This document shows, one piece after another, positions 1 to 11,779 of a DNA stretch of 64,000 nucleotides. A model generated the notes under the pieces. The model made no database searches. It was given only the letters and a program-made list of their open reading frames with translations, and had not been told where the DNA came from. Position 1 is the stretch's first letter; every line of letters begins with the position of its first letter. The position numbers and the translations under genes are program-made. The stretch comes from Isurus oxyrinchus (Eukaryota), in contig JANJGN010000035.1 of NCBI GenBank assembly GCA_026770705.1, forward strand, positions 13,516,001 to 13,580,000, written 5' to 3'.

Positions 1-1294
1 CCTGTCTCCGTTTTATTAGCCTCAATGGTTTTCTCTCATTTTCAGAATGTTATCAGACATTTCTGCGAGAGTTTCTTGCGGCTTTTAGACTTGGCTCTTG
101 ATTGTCCGAGATAACTCAATTGTTCAGGCTCGGGGAAAGGGAGCATTCACGATATTTAAACCTCATTGCACGAAAAATACTGTGATAGGACCAATCACCA
201 TCTGCCTGAGGTCAATAGCAAGAAGTATTATGCAGATTTTGCTCAGTATTCCCGTTTGAAATCAAAGTGGTGCTGCTGAATCTGCAATTCTTCCTTGTGT
301 GGCTCTGATGAGTGTTTGTAAGAATATCAGAAACAGGGGCAGGATTAGAATCCACGGGCCTTGAGAACTGTTTCAACGTTCAATATGGTCATGCTTCATC
401 TTATCCTTAAATGTCACATTCCTGACCTGTTCTCATGTCCCTTTGTGCTGAAAGAAAACCGAATAATATCTAAATCTGTGCTGAACAAAATCGGCGCAGT
501 CTCCCCGTGTCTAGAATTGAAAATCTGTAAAAGCCGTTACATGAAGTGATTTTGATAGGTAAGTTGATGAATGGACAGTCGCTGGGGATTGTAGCAATGG
601 CTTTCAATGTTTCAGTGGAAGCCATCGGCCATTATCACCCAGAATAGGAAATTGGGTTTCTTCATCATCTTGTGAGCCTTCTTAATTCTACTCAGTGGAG
701 AACTGTGCATGTTCGCTTTTTATAATCGAGACTGAGGTCGATATTTCACAGCAAAGGGATATGAGGAAACATGAGGCAGTGACATTGTGATTGGAAGAGC
801 ATCATGACCATGTTAAATGTTGAAGCCGTCCTGAAGGACAGCAGATGCTGCTCCTGCTACTATTTCCGACGTTCTTACATACAGTGATCAACACAACAAG
901 CAGGGCTAAATTGACTTGGAGCAGTGGAGTGCAGATACCGGTTTTTAATCGTTTCGTTGGGAATATAATTTCCAAACGGCACGCTTGGATTGCCTGTACA
1001 TTCTTAAAATTAAGAGTAGACCGATGGCGATCTATTTGGTGTTAAAGTTGTGCCATCGGAAGAAAATTATTCAGACTGCCTTGTTGAACAGGAAGTTCTA
1101 ACCCAATCAAGGCTTCAGTCACAAAACATCTGGCACTATATTTACAAGAAATTGGCCTAAATAAATCAATGGGAGCAATACATTGTCCCCGTTGTGCTGA
1201 CATTTTAATGGATACCCAATTCGTGTATTTTGAGGCTTTAGGGAAATCCAGCATCACTTGCTTAAAGTTTTCTCTTTCAAATGAGATGAACTAT

Positions 1295-1367
1295 CACCAG
1301 AATAGGGACTTGAAACCCGGATCGGAAGAAGAAAAACCCAATTATTTACCGAATATGTTTCTGTTTA
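1295..1367 (-). pseudogene. Heavily decayed tRNA-Lys(UUU) relic
   Basis: Reverse complement aligns without gaps to vertebrate tRNA-Lys(TTT) from TCGGTA to the 3' end (…GATCCGGGTTTCAAGTCCCTATTCTGGTG vs …GGTCCAGGGTTCAAGTCCCTGTTCGGGCG); occupies the paralogous position of the clearer relic at 61937-62002. Confidence 0.65.
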
Positions 1368-1958
1368 GATTGCAGCCACTGAATTTTCTGACTGCTGGGC
1401 ACATGAGAACAGCGGATGCTCGGTGATTATGTTCAAGTGAGGGAGGATATTTGCAATGAATCTCACAGATCAAAGGAATTTGAAGACTGATCAAGAAAGT
1501 ACAATTGATACAGAGGATGATTCTGAAGATATTGAATGTTGGAGCAGCACTGAAGGCCTGGAGACGATATTCCTGCTAGTTTTTCTGTCATTCTTAGGGG
1601 AAATTATCACAGCACCAAGCGGGATGATGTTGAGCTGGGGTGGAAGCAGTGCAGATACAGCAGCAGCTTTCCGCTTTGGAACCGGTTAGTTCACCGAACT
1701 GTTTCCAAACCATGGCCTTCTGTAGTCTCCAGTATGTCATAATGAATATTGGGCTGTCGGAGATATCCATAGTGTTAAACAGGTTAAACATGGAAAAAAT
1801 TGTTTCAGCTTGCTAAAACATGGGGTTGTTCATTTCAGAACAGAGAAGACGAGATTTTTTTTCTCCCTGAGTATTGTGAAACATTGGATATTTCTGCCTC
1901 ATAGGGCGTCATTAACTGAATAGTATTAAGGCGGTGGGAGCTAGATTTTGCCTAATTG

Positions 1959-2086
1959 CAAACTCAGGGGATGCTGGAAACCTGAAACAAACATGCAAAA
2001 TGCCGGATAAGCTCAGCAGGATTAATCATAGCCGTGGAGAGAAATATAGAGTTAAAGTTTCGAGAATGTAGGACCCTTCTTCAGCA
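1959..2086 (-). mobile_element. Penelope-like terminal-repeat fragment with degenerate hammerhead core
   Basis: Minus strand reads CTGAAGA-AGGGTCCTACATTCTC-GAAA-CTTTAACTC; same family as 52830-53064 and 62610-62745; inserted into a CR1 3' tail. Confidence 0.6.
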
Positions 2087-2509
2087 TAGATGGGGTACTG
2101 TTCAGAAGGGCATAATGGGTTATGGGGCAGTTGGAAGGGTAGATGGAATTGTGGAACTCAATACACAAACAGAACAGAACCATGATCGTAATGAATGGGG
2201 GAGCAGGCATGAAGGGACCAAATAGCCTACATCTGCTCCTATTTCCTATATCCTGAAGAATGGTAGATCTATGATGACACAAGGCCAATTCAGAATGCAC
2301 TTTTATCTGTCAGAACGGCACTCTGGAAATAATCAACACGATTCCCCAAAAAAGGGTCAAAGCTATGAAGACTTGGCGAATATGTGCGATTGTTAATACA
2401 TTCCTAAGCACATCTCAGTCTATTGCATTCAAACGCAAAATAATCAGCGTCCCCCACTTACACTGCTGCAGCTCACGTGAGTTGAATACATGGAACTGAA
2501 CAAAAAAAA

Positions 2510-2582
2510 CACCTAAATGAGATTTGAACCCAGAACAATCAAATTTATTTACGAATCATTTTGCAAACGAGCAATAGTTTTG
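2510..2582 (-). pseudogene. Very decayed tRNA (Lys-UUU-like) relic followed by a T8 tract
   Basis: Minus strand …AATTTGATTGTTCTGGGTTCAAATCTCATTTAGGTG then TTTTTTTT (Pol III terminator-like); B-box GGTTCAAATC retained; paralog at 63126-63197. Confidence 0.45.
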
Positions 2583-3384
2583 CTCGGGCACTGAGCTTCA
2601 CTCTCTGTCAAAAGCTATCCCATCCTCGAAAAATATGGCATTTTATTCCTGGAAATTGGCCCTCCACAGACAATTCTATCACACGCTGACCCACTCCCTT
2701 CCCTTCAGAAATCTTGTTCCTGTTAAAATTCCTCGCTATTCTGCACAAAATTGTGACGTGACAATGGCTCTTTCCCAAGTCTCTGCACCTGAGTCCCCAA
2801 TCTGTTGAAGATCAAGTTAATTGAGAGACCAAGAAGTTGCAGAAACTGCTGCCCAAACGTTAGAAATTGACGGATTATGTATTCAGGGTTGATAAAACAA
2901 GGCAATGTGTTGTTGGCTCTGGGAATGTGTGATGCCATTCACTTTTGAAAGCAAATCGGGGTCACTTGAGCGAATCACGTCATTTAGGGGCAGGTATGAT
3001 TTTTTTTAGCACAGCGAGATCTTCCTGTATGCATTGCACATTTTACCATCTTCACCACATTTCCTGAATTAGTATCCATCACATTGTCCTGGCTTGTGGG
3101 ATTTCGATCTCAGATCACCCCAAAACATAGTAGTTGAAAATTACCCTTTACACCTGATCATCAAGAAGTGAACAAGCTTCTGGCCCATGATCTGAAAGGC
3201 AAGTTAGAAACTCGCGTGTTGGGACCTCATTCGTAAAGGTTGTAGACAGTGAAAATATCAACATGAGGGGACACACCCTTATTCAGTTGTCTAAAACCAA
3301 AACTCTGCAATGAGTGTAAAATTACAAGTTGTGCAAATCATTTACTGAATTTTGGAGTAGTAATGAAGTTTCTGCGCCTTGTTT

Positions 3385-3700
3385 TTATTCTTTTATGGCA
3401 TGTGGGCTTCGCTGGCTGGGCCGGTATTTGTTATGGAAGCATAATTACCTCTTACAAAGGTGGGAGTCAGCTGACTTCTTGTACTGCTGCAGTCCATGTG
3501 GTATACGTAGACACACGGTGCAGATAGGGAGGGAGTTGGAGGACATGGATCATGAGACAGAGAAGGAACGTCCGATATGTTTCCAAATCAGAATGGTGAG
3601 TGATGTGGAGGGGATTTCTCCGTAGTGTTTTTCCCTTCTATCTGCTGCCCAGATCCTTCTGGATGGTATTGGACCTATTTTTGGAAGCTGCTTTTGAATG
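3385..3700 (-). mobile_element. 3' end fragment of an L2/CR1-group LINE
   Basis: Reverse-complement match to the 3' tails at 11900-12190 and 23050-23400. Confidence 0.6.
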
Positions 3701-4109
3701 AGACGCGACAAAACCCTGTCAGCCTTCCGTGTCTCTTATACCAAGCACCTGAATGACAAATCACTTAAAGGCCTCTTGCTGACTCTCTCTACACTGGCAC
3801 CCGACGTGAGTATTTGTACATTTTCCCTTTTCAAATCGGTATTCCCACGAGTTGACAAGAGTGACAATTGATCGCATTGAAGCACATACCATTTCAAGGT
3901 GCTCGACAGGACAGGTTTTTCGAAGGATGTTCCCTATGCCTGGGCGTTCTAACTCTATAGTCAGGGTAATAGGGAAGGAAGGAAGGGTGGACAGTTGGAA
4001 GTGTTGACTAACCAGATCATTGCAGTGGTGGACCGAAAAGAAGTTCAAGAGGTTTCGAGTGCAGAATTCATTTAGCCAGAGGTAATGAATAAAAATGTAC
4101 AATCACATT

Positions 4110-6056
4110 TTCCGGCGTAGCCTACAGGCCATTAACTACTGGGAAGGGTGTTGAAAACAGTACTGGGGGCAAATTATGGAGAAGATGAATAATTATGAAT
4201 CTGTTATAATATGGATTGTAATTAGCCCAACATAGATGAAGATATAGTGGTGTAAATGGCAAAGAGAGAGCAACAATTCCTAGTATATATTCGGTATAGT
4301 TATCCATTACGAAATGCTTACTGTCCAATGACAGATGAGGCAATTCTCAGCCTGTTTCTGGAGAATGAGGTGCCTCAGGTGGATCAGCATAAGTATGTAA
4401 TCCTGCAGAGGGCAAAGATTGTTGCCACCTTAAGGGCTTAGATTGACTAGAGAAGGAGAGAAAGTGCCATCGAAATTATCATTAAATCACTGGGGGAGAG
4501 CCAAATGAAACGGTAAAGAATGGATGTAGCCGAGATAATTAGGAAACTAAAATTAACAGCCAAATGACAATTCAACAATGATCTGCATTTAAAGTAGAGA
4601 TAATCCGTGTATAACAAAACCACATTCCCACAAAAGGGAAGTAAAATAAACTCACAATTTCTTGAATGGGAAAGAGGTAGAGATTGAGAGGAAGTAGAAA
4701 ACATTTACTTTTGTCAGCAGTCAGGTTGATATTGTAACATGTAATCAAGCTGAATTCAGAGATTCAAAGGGGAACTAAAAAACAACAAATACAAGAAGCA
4801 AAGACAGAGTATGAGAAGAAACTAGCAGCTAACATAAAGGGGAATGCAAACACCCACTGTACCCATATAAAGATGAAAGGATCGGTTAATGGACTAGTGG
4901 GGTCGATTAGGTGATCTATTCATGCAAACAGAGGCCTGGCGAATAAGTATTTAATGAATGTTTTGCATTATGCTTTAGCAAGGGAGAATGATGGTGTTCA
5001 GATATTGTGAAAAAGCGGCATTTAAAACATTTGAAGGCAAACAGTTTGACATTATTAAAGAAGAAGCATTAGATAGCATGCCTGTACTAAAAGCTTAGGA
5101 TCAAAAAGGACATGAAGAGTTGTATCCAAGCATAAGGAACAAAGCGATAGCAGAAATCACAGGGACACTGATCCGAATTTTTCAATCTCCCTGTTATTGT
5201 GCCAGAGAGTTCGGGAATTTCAAATGCTACCCTTGTTTTTTTTAACAAGCGGAGCGTAGATCAGCTCAGCATTTAAAGACCAGTCAGCTTATCCTCAGCT
5301 GCGTTGAGGTTTTAGAAATGATAATTCGATACAACTTGAAGCGTCACTTGTGCAAATGCGGTTTAATTGAGAAAACCAACAGAGATTTGTTAAGGACAAA
5401 ACTAATTTGTTTAAAGAAATGTTCTGCCTTTTTGTTTAGGTAAGAGACAGTGTTCTATAAGCGAAATGAAGCTGATGTCGTGCAAATGAAACAAACAATG
5501 CATTTTATAAAGTCGTGCAAAATCAACTTGTGAGCAAAGTTAGAGCTCATGGATGAAAAGCTCCAGCTGCAGCATTGATATGAAGTCGGCAGAGTAGAAG
5601 GAAACAGAGAGTAATGGTGAACGTTTATTATTTTCTTGAGGAAGGTTTACATTGGAAGTTCTGAGGCATGTGTTTCAAGGACCATCGGTCCTCCACAATA
5701 TAAGTTAAAGACCTACACCTCTTTTCTCAGGGACCAATTTCAAAATTTGAAGATGAGTCGACAATTGGAAAATGGTGAACCACGAGGAGAATATTGTATC
5801 ACCATGAGAACGTTGACAGGTTGGCGTAAGGGCCGGACAAGTGGCAGGTTACAATTTGTTGAGTGAAGTGTGAAGTGATGGATTTTGATACAAAGAATGG
5901 AGAGAAGCTAAAAAAAATAAACGGTGCAATCTTGAAGGGTTTGCAGAAATAGATAGACCTGGCTGTACAACTGCCTCGATCTAGATATGGAGGTGCAATT
6001 GAGAGAGTGGTTAAGAAAGTGAAAACTATCCTGAGCCTTTCCAATAAAGGCATGGT
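4110..6056 (+). mobile_element. Decayed CR1 LINE ORF2 fragment (endonuclease end to RT)
   Basis: Frameshifted remnants such as LFLENEVPQVDQ, YEKKLAANIKGN, RPVSL, and a WADKWQ-like segment (ggccggacaagtggcagg); stops where the minisatellite begins. Confidence 0.75.
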
Positions 6057-6059
6057 GTC

Positions 6060-7470
6060 ACCATCTCTGTAACCTTTCTAGCCCTCGACACCCTAATTAT
6101 ATAAGTCAACTTCTCCATCCCCCACAGCACTCCCCACGTCTGTAACATCCGCTTGTCCCTAGAATCCACCCTATCCCAGTCAAATTCACCAGCAACTTCC
6201 AACACTCTGTGTGTGCTTTTAATCTTTCAGCTCCCAATAATCTCCATACATTTGTTACTTGCACCTCCCTCCATATAACACCCTATCAGTAAATTCATAA
6301 AGCTCTCCCTATCTCTGCACCTATTCTAATCCCCTATAAACCTCCGTTTCTCTGGAAAGTGACCAATTCACCCCACAGCCTAATCCCTGTAACTTCCTTC
6401 AGCCCCTTAAACCCTCTGTACTACTCATCGAAACCCTTATACAAGGTAATTTCCCTCTAATAATCTGCTGCACTTCAACTCTCGCTTTCTCTGTAACTTC
6501 CTCCAGCCATTAAAAAACTGCTTAACTCTGGAATCTCCTCCAGCCTCATCAACACTTCCTATGTCTGTAACATTCTCCAGCTCCAACAGTCCTCCCTATC
6601 TCTGTAACCTTCTCCAGCCCCTACAACACTCCAATATCTCTGAACCTGCTCTAGATCCTACCTCTTTCCCGCTGCCTTAAAACTTCTGATGCCACTGAAA
6701 CTCTCCCTAACTAAGGAACCTCCTCTTGCATCTCCCAATCTGCACATGTCTGTTACATCCTCCAGGCACATAACAATTCATATCTCTGGAATCTGCTCCA
6801 GCCCCTGCAATCCCTCTAGCTCTGTGAGCCCCTCCAGGCCATGCAACACTATTATCATTTTAACCTCCACCGGCCACCACTGCCCTCACGAACTCTGTAA
6901 CATCCATCAGCCCAACACTGCTCACTACCTCTGTAACATCCTCCAGTCCAACAACTATTCATCTGCCTGAATCCTCCTCCAGCTCCTACACCCTCTCCAT
7001 TTTAGTAACCACATTTAAACCATAAAACCTCCAAATCCCTGTCACCTCCTTCAAATCGTACCCCACCCCCCAATTCAGGAACTTTCTCCAAACTCTACAG
7101 TTCTCCCTATCTCTGTAATCTCCTCCAGCCCCTGCAAAACTCTCCATCTCTGGCACCTTCTCCAGTCCCTTCAAATGTCCCTATATGTGCCGCCTCCTCC
7201 AGCGCCTACAATACTATCTTAATCTGTGACCTTTGGCAGTGCCAACAACCCACCCCATTTCTGCAGCATTCCGCAGCCCTTAAATCAGCCTCTATGACTG
7301 TAACTTCCGTGTAACGACTCGTATCTCTCGAAAAAAAACCTCCATTCCCGACAGTTCTCCCCAGTTCTGTAATCTGCTCCGGATCCTACAAATCTCTCTA
7401 TCACTGTAACCGCCTCCAGCCCCCTCAACCCTTCCTTTCTCTGCACCTCCTCCAACCTCTGTAACCTACT
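6060..7470. repeat. Degenerate ~37-bp minisatellite, consensus ~CTCTGTAACCTCCTCCAGCCCCTACAACCCTCCCTAT
   Basis: Recurring tctgtaac…ctccagccc…caac…ccctatc units across ~1.4 kb with strong C/T strand bias. Confidence 0.9.
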
Positions 7471-7759
7471 TCAACCATGTTAATCATTACAACAATTCTT
7501 TTACTGGCAGCTTACTCAATGCAACTTGTCTATAGGGTTTCTATATTACGACAATAACAACATTTTTAAAGAAGTCATTCAATATCGCGATTTTGCGTTT
7601 GGCATGTTATATTCCGTAAAATGCAAGTTTTTGTTATATATCTGTTGTGCAAATGCTCCCAAAAGACGTAAATTCACACACAATACAACATCACTGGATG
7701 GAGTATTTATTTTTTTCCTTTTTTAAATCTGCACAATGTCCAGTTGGAATTTTGGCACA

Positions 7760-8040
7760 ATGGTTTGTGGTTATATTACTGGGAAAATATTCTAGCCTAC
7801 AGAAGTGTAAGGGTTATTTACTGGACCAATAATCCAAAGTACAGGAGTGTAAAGGTTAAGTCACAGTATTAATAATCAAGGGAACAGGATCGTAGGGATT
7901 ATGTCACATGACTAATTATCCAGGGTACAGGACTATCAATGTTATGTTACTGGACTAATAATCCAGGGTACTGTAGTGTCAGTTTTATGTTACTGGACTT
8001 GTAATACCGGGAAAAGCAGTGTATGTAAGTTACTGCATAC
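7760..8040 (+). repeat. 43-bp tandem repeat (~6 units), consensus ~TTATGTTACTGGACTAATAATCCAGGGTACAGGAGTGTAAAGG
   Basis: Unit starts at about 7771, 7814, 7856, 7899, 7942, 7985. Confidence 0.85.
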
Positions 8041-8499
8041 AATGGATATGTTAGTGCAATAATTGTGTTGAACGGAGATTAAATAATCAGTTGTTCAATG
8101 TAGCCTGATTGGGTGTGATGCTTCCGCATGCCAAACAGAACACAGATTTCCACGCAAATTGATTCACCCTTTTATTTAAATTCTAAACGCAATGACTCAT
8201 CAGGCATGCAGATTCAGTTACACCTGAAGTGACAAACAACAACCATCTACCAACCTGCTTAGACAGGACATATTTAGCGCTTAAGCTACAGCCAAATCCT
8301 CAGTTGAATTTTAAAAAAAAGGAACAGAAGTGCAACATTTAGATTCTCCTCCCTCCATTCAGTATGTAACCATTGCTGGAGTGCAACTTGCCTCAAGTAC
8401 AACCTAACTTTACAGTGTAGAAACATCAACACAGAAAAACCTAATCAACATCCCAAGTTGACCATTAACAAGTCGACACAGCAGACGATCAAGGGTGTT

Positions 8500-8760
8500 G
8501 TCTGACCATAAAGTCTGCACCTGTTTGCAGCTATTTCCGCGGCCGGGCATCCCTCAAGAGGGAGCACGCGGTCTCTGTTGGCACTGTTCAGGCCTTCCTT
8601 GCTCAGCAGGCAACGTGGGGACTGGGGTGGTTCATTGACTCTGTTAACAACATTTAGATCTAATGTTTGTTACTTTCCTTTAAATTTTGTCTTGATTTTG
8701 CAGTTTCCTTTAAGAGGCGATCCTTTACTTTGCCCCTAATTTTGTTAATTTATTTTAATT
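8500..8760 (+). mobile_element. Probable Tx1/L1-type LINE extreme 3' fragment
   Basis: Translates FRGRASLKREHAVSVGTVQAFLAQQATWG, resembling Tx1-type ORF2 C-termini, followed by a T-rich 3' UTR. Confidence 0.45.
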
Positions 8761-8834
8761 CATTGACTCAGAAGCGTTAAACGGAACAGAAAAAAAGTTA
8801 TTAAAAATGTTATTTCAGTCATTTTGTATCAGGG

Positions 8835-8976
8835 AACTTGAGTGCTGCTGAAAAAAGAGACATGTTCAAACTTTTCGCCTTGCAATCATCAGGCCGTTTG
8901 GTAGCCTTCCAAAGTGACCTGATGTGCCCAAGATGAAAAGTTTCAACATGTCTCTTTTTCCATCAATACTCAAGTT
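8835..8976. mobile_element. Inverted pair of Penelope-like termini with hammerhead-like cores (family 2)
   Basis: 59-bp arms 8835-8893 and 8918-8976 are inverted copies; left arm reverse-complement = CCTGATGA-TTGCAAGGC-GAAA-AGTTT, right arm = CCTGATGT-GCCCAAGAT-GAAA-AGTTTC. Confidence 0.65.
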
Positions 8977-9334
8977 GTTATTTACAATTTCGGACGTGAA
9001 TGTCACTGAAATCTTTGGGCTGACCATATCCAACAATCAGGGATAATTTCTGAATGCCCATTGTGATGCACTTAGATAATTTGGTGCACATTAAACCTTG
9101 TGTTCAACATTAAAGTGCTTGGTAACAGAAACGCTGTGCTGCACAAGCAGAAGGTCTGTACTGGAAGGGAAGGTTGGGCGTCCAGAAGTTGACTCTTAAC
9201 ACCATAGTGATCAGAATTCGCCAACGCCCAACGTGACAATTTCCCCATTGCTCCCGAGAAGAGACATGCGTCTTAGATTACGGGAATTGTGTGCATCATG
9301 ATTGTAAAAAGATTTGCACAAGATGCAAATGTTT

Positions 9335-9690
9335 TTTTCACTAATTTGTCCATTGAAATGTGGGCGTTGCTGGCCTGTCCACTATTTATTGCCCAACTCT
9401 AATTGGCTTTGTTCAGCGGGCAGTTAAGAGTCAACCACATTGCCTTTTTTCCCGAGTCACATGTCTGTCAGGCCAGGAAATTCGGCAGGTTTACTTCCGA
9501 AGAGAACATTATTGAACCAGCTGAGTTGTAATAACAATCGCAAATGGTTTCATGACCGTTTTAGAATTTATTTAAATTCAAGATTTTTATTGAATGCATA
9601 TTTTGTCATCTGCTTTGGAGGGATTTGAAGCGGACACAGAGAGCATTAGCCTGGTTCGCTGGAATACCAATCTGGCGGCTGAAGCTATAT
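9335..9690 (-). mobile_element. tRNA-derived SINE copy
   Basis: 'gggcagttaagagtcaaccacattg…gagtcacatg…aggccagg' is the reverse complement of the SINE body at 21340-21625 and 59370-59645. Confidence 0.7.
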
Positions 9691-9709
9691 TTCGCCACCT
9701 ACCTTTGTG

Positions 9710-9940
9710 TGACTTGAGGAATATTTTCCTACGAGTGCTTCGGGTCTGGAATGCACTGCCTGGAATTGTGTTGGAGGGAGGTACAATCGGGGCATTCAAC
9801 AGGACCTTAGATGATATTTTGATTAGACACAATGTGCAGGATTCGGGGGAAAGGGCAGGGCAATGGCACTAGGTGGTAATGTTCATTTTCAGAGTCAGTG
9901 TCAGATGCGATGGGCAGAAATTCTCCTGCTGTGCCGTAAA
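9710..9940 (+). mobile_element. CR1 3' end fragment
   Basis: ORF 9594-9872 contains RVLRVWNALPGIVLEGGTIGAFNRTLD, the CR1 ORF2 C-terminal motif. Confidence 0.8.
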
Positions 9941-10239
9941 TTTTTTGTGACATCATCAAAACAACAGTCGGCCATCTACACCAATAAATCTGTCGAGAGG
10001 AGAAACACAAGCAAGCGACTGGACAGCGTTCCGAGACGCTTTGGGCTCCATTCACCTTTGTTGTGTATCGGACTTAATAGTGCGTTATGGGGTCCCTGTA
10101 ATTTCAAGTGCTGAGTCCAATCATTTAAACCTCTGCTGTTCAAGACATGGGCGAACAAACATTTGGTGAATATGAAGTAAATACCGCAGTAAATTTGACC
10201 TTTACTATGAGCTTGCAAATCACACTTACTCACGCCAAA

Positions 10240-11056
10240 TGAGAGACACGCAGCAGCTTAAAACAGCTATGCACGTTTAAAGAAGCAGTTCCAAGAGATT
10301 CAACCCCTCTTATAGTTTCCCTCGAGGTGACCGTATTTGGCAAAACACCATTGTCCAACTCCTTGTAGTATGTGCCTGTGCAAAGACTGTCAGGAGAGAA
10401 GTAGAGTGTTTATTTTTGTTGAGATTCCTCCCGACTAGCTCCGTGAAACAGGACTCTGGGCATAATGAGCTGTTCCCCAAGGGGTGCTCAACGAGATAAA
10501 CATCAACTGCAGCTAGAGGATCACCAACTGGGTGAAAGGAACTCTTGGTCTCACCGTAACGTGTTCGTCTTCCATGCAAATTGTTGCCCCCAGCAAAGTA
10601 TTGTAGACGGGCACATTACAAATCCCACGTTTATGTGCTGAGGGATGCAGCAAAGGTTGGGTGCCTGCCGCACTGGTGCATTAGTGAAAGGTCGCTCTAT
10701 AAGTTCTTTCATGTAGAGCATAACCGAGCGTTCTAGAATGGTACACACACCTCGGACTGCAGAAATCACGTTGAATGTATGCAGTGAATGCTACATGGAT
10801 CATAATTGCTCTAAAGCAACTCAGAACGTTACATGATATGGTTTAACCAAATTAAAAACTATTGTAATGACTGCCTGGTATGAACATTATTAATGCTGCA
10901 ATTTTTTTTTCATAGTATTGAAGCAGCTCAAGGTGTGAAATGGGCCATTTAGGAAACTTGAATATGATTGCAATTTTTTTTGCGATGGCCATTTTGAAAT
11001 GTTTTGCAAATAAATTTCACGTACTTTATCAATAAAGTATATTTTCGCAAAAAAAT
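10240..11056 (+). mobile_element. Tx1/L1-type LINE 3' fragment with polyA signal and A tail
   Basis: Frameshifted PRG…TIVQLLVVCACAKTVRREV…LRFLPTSSVKQDS…LFP / EININC*RITNWVK (zinc-binding C-terminal region of L1/Tx1 ORF2); ends AATAAA…AAAAAAA at ~11031-11055. Confidence 0.7.
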
Positions 11057-11779
11057 AGAATGCCATTTTTGAAAGATTCTTGGATGGTCTTCATATTCTG
11101 TTCCAATAAACGCATGAGGTCACTCGATTGGCGATCACAGCCCAGGTCAATTGCACCCCCTCTATGAGCCCTTGTTTTGCTTATTAAATACGGGGTGTGG
11201 GCGATGCTGGCTCCCTATGAGAGCCCCTTTTCTTCCATAACATTAATTTACGATTTTAATCTGAGTGCCCAGGGCTGTATTTTCAAATGTCCAAATAATA
11301 AGACAATTTGAATTAAATCGCCCGGAAGAAATATTGTATAACCAGGTTCTGGAGGCTGGTGGTCTGGGGAGACAAGTTTCAGAAAACACTTCACGAAGAA
11401 AAATGGGAAGAGGTGGGCTTTGACAAGAATAACACAGAAATGTAACTTCAGCTTCAAAACAAATAAGAAGTCTGCAAGCGAATGTGAATGGGACTGAAAG
11501 GCATTGGGACATAACTACATTCATCCTAGAAAATAACTTGTTAATTTGTGAAACCTCTTTAAAAAACAATTACGTATTGTGCTTTATAAACAGCTTAATA
11601 TACCAATGCTCAGCCGGGTCAAATGGATCGAGATCAGAGGAACATCATGCACTGACTCCTGCGGTGTGAAGCGGACAGTGACTCATGACTATGTGGAACA
11701 AGTGGAAGGAAAATGCACTTTGACCCCTTTTGTTACATAGCGAATATTATTGTAAGCACAACTGGTCGCTAATCTATCT

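Larger units (their letters stand above)
1..3380. repeat. Old segmental duplication, copy A (paralogous to ~60630-64000)
   Basis: Colinear shared anchors: 'caatggttttctct', 'tttagacttggctcttgattg', 'gcgttcaatatggtca/acgttcaatatggtca', 'gatttgaagactgatcaagaa', 'ctggaaataatcaacacgatt', 'cgttagaaattgacgga', 'gtcacttgagcgaatcac', 'gaaaggcaagttaga' occur in the same order about 60.6 kb downstream. Confidence 0.9.

Noticed and set aside
104-130. gtccgagataactcaattgttcaggc as a tRNA-Lys 5' end
   Set aside because: No continuation into an anticodon or T arm, and the paralog does not support it
300-345. CTGATGA…GAAAC as a hammerhead ribozyme
   Set aside because: Weak stem II, no stem I or III, GAAA belongs to an adjacent CR1 tail, and the motif is not kept in the paralog at ~60960
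7760-8040. CRISPR-like array
   Set aside because: Contiguous tandem units without unique spacers, eukaryotic context, no cas genes
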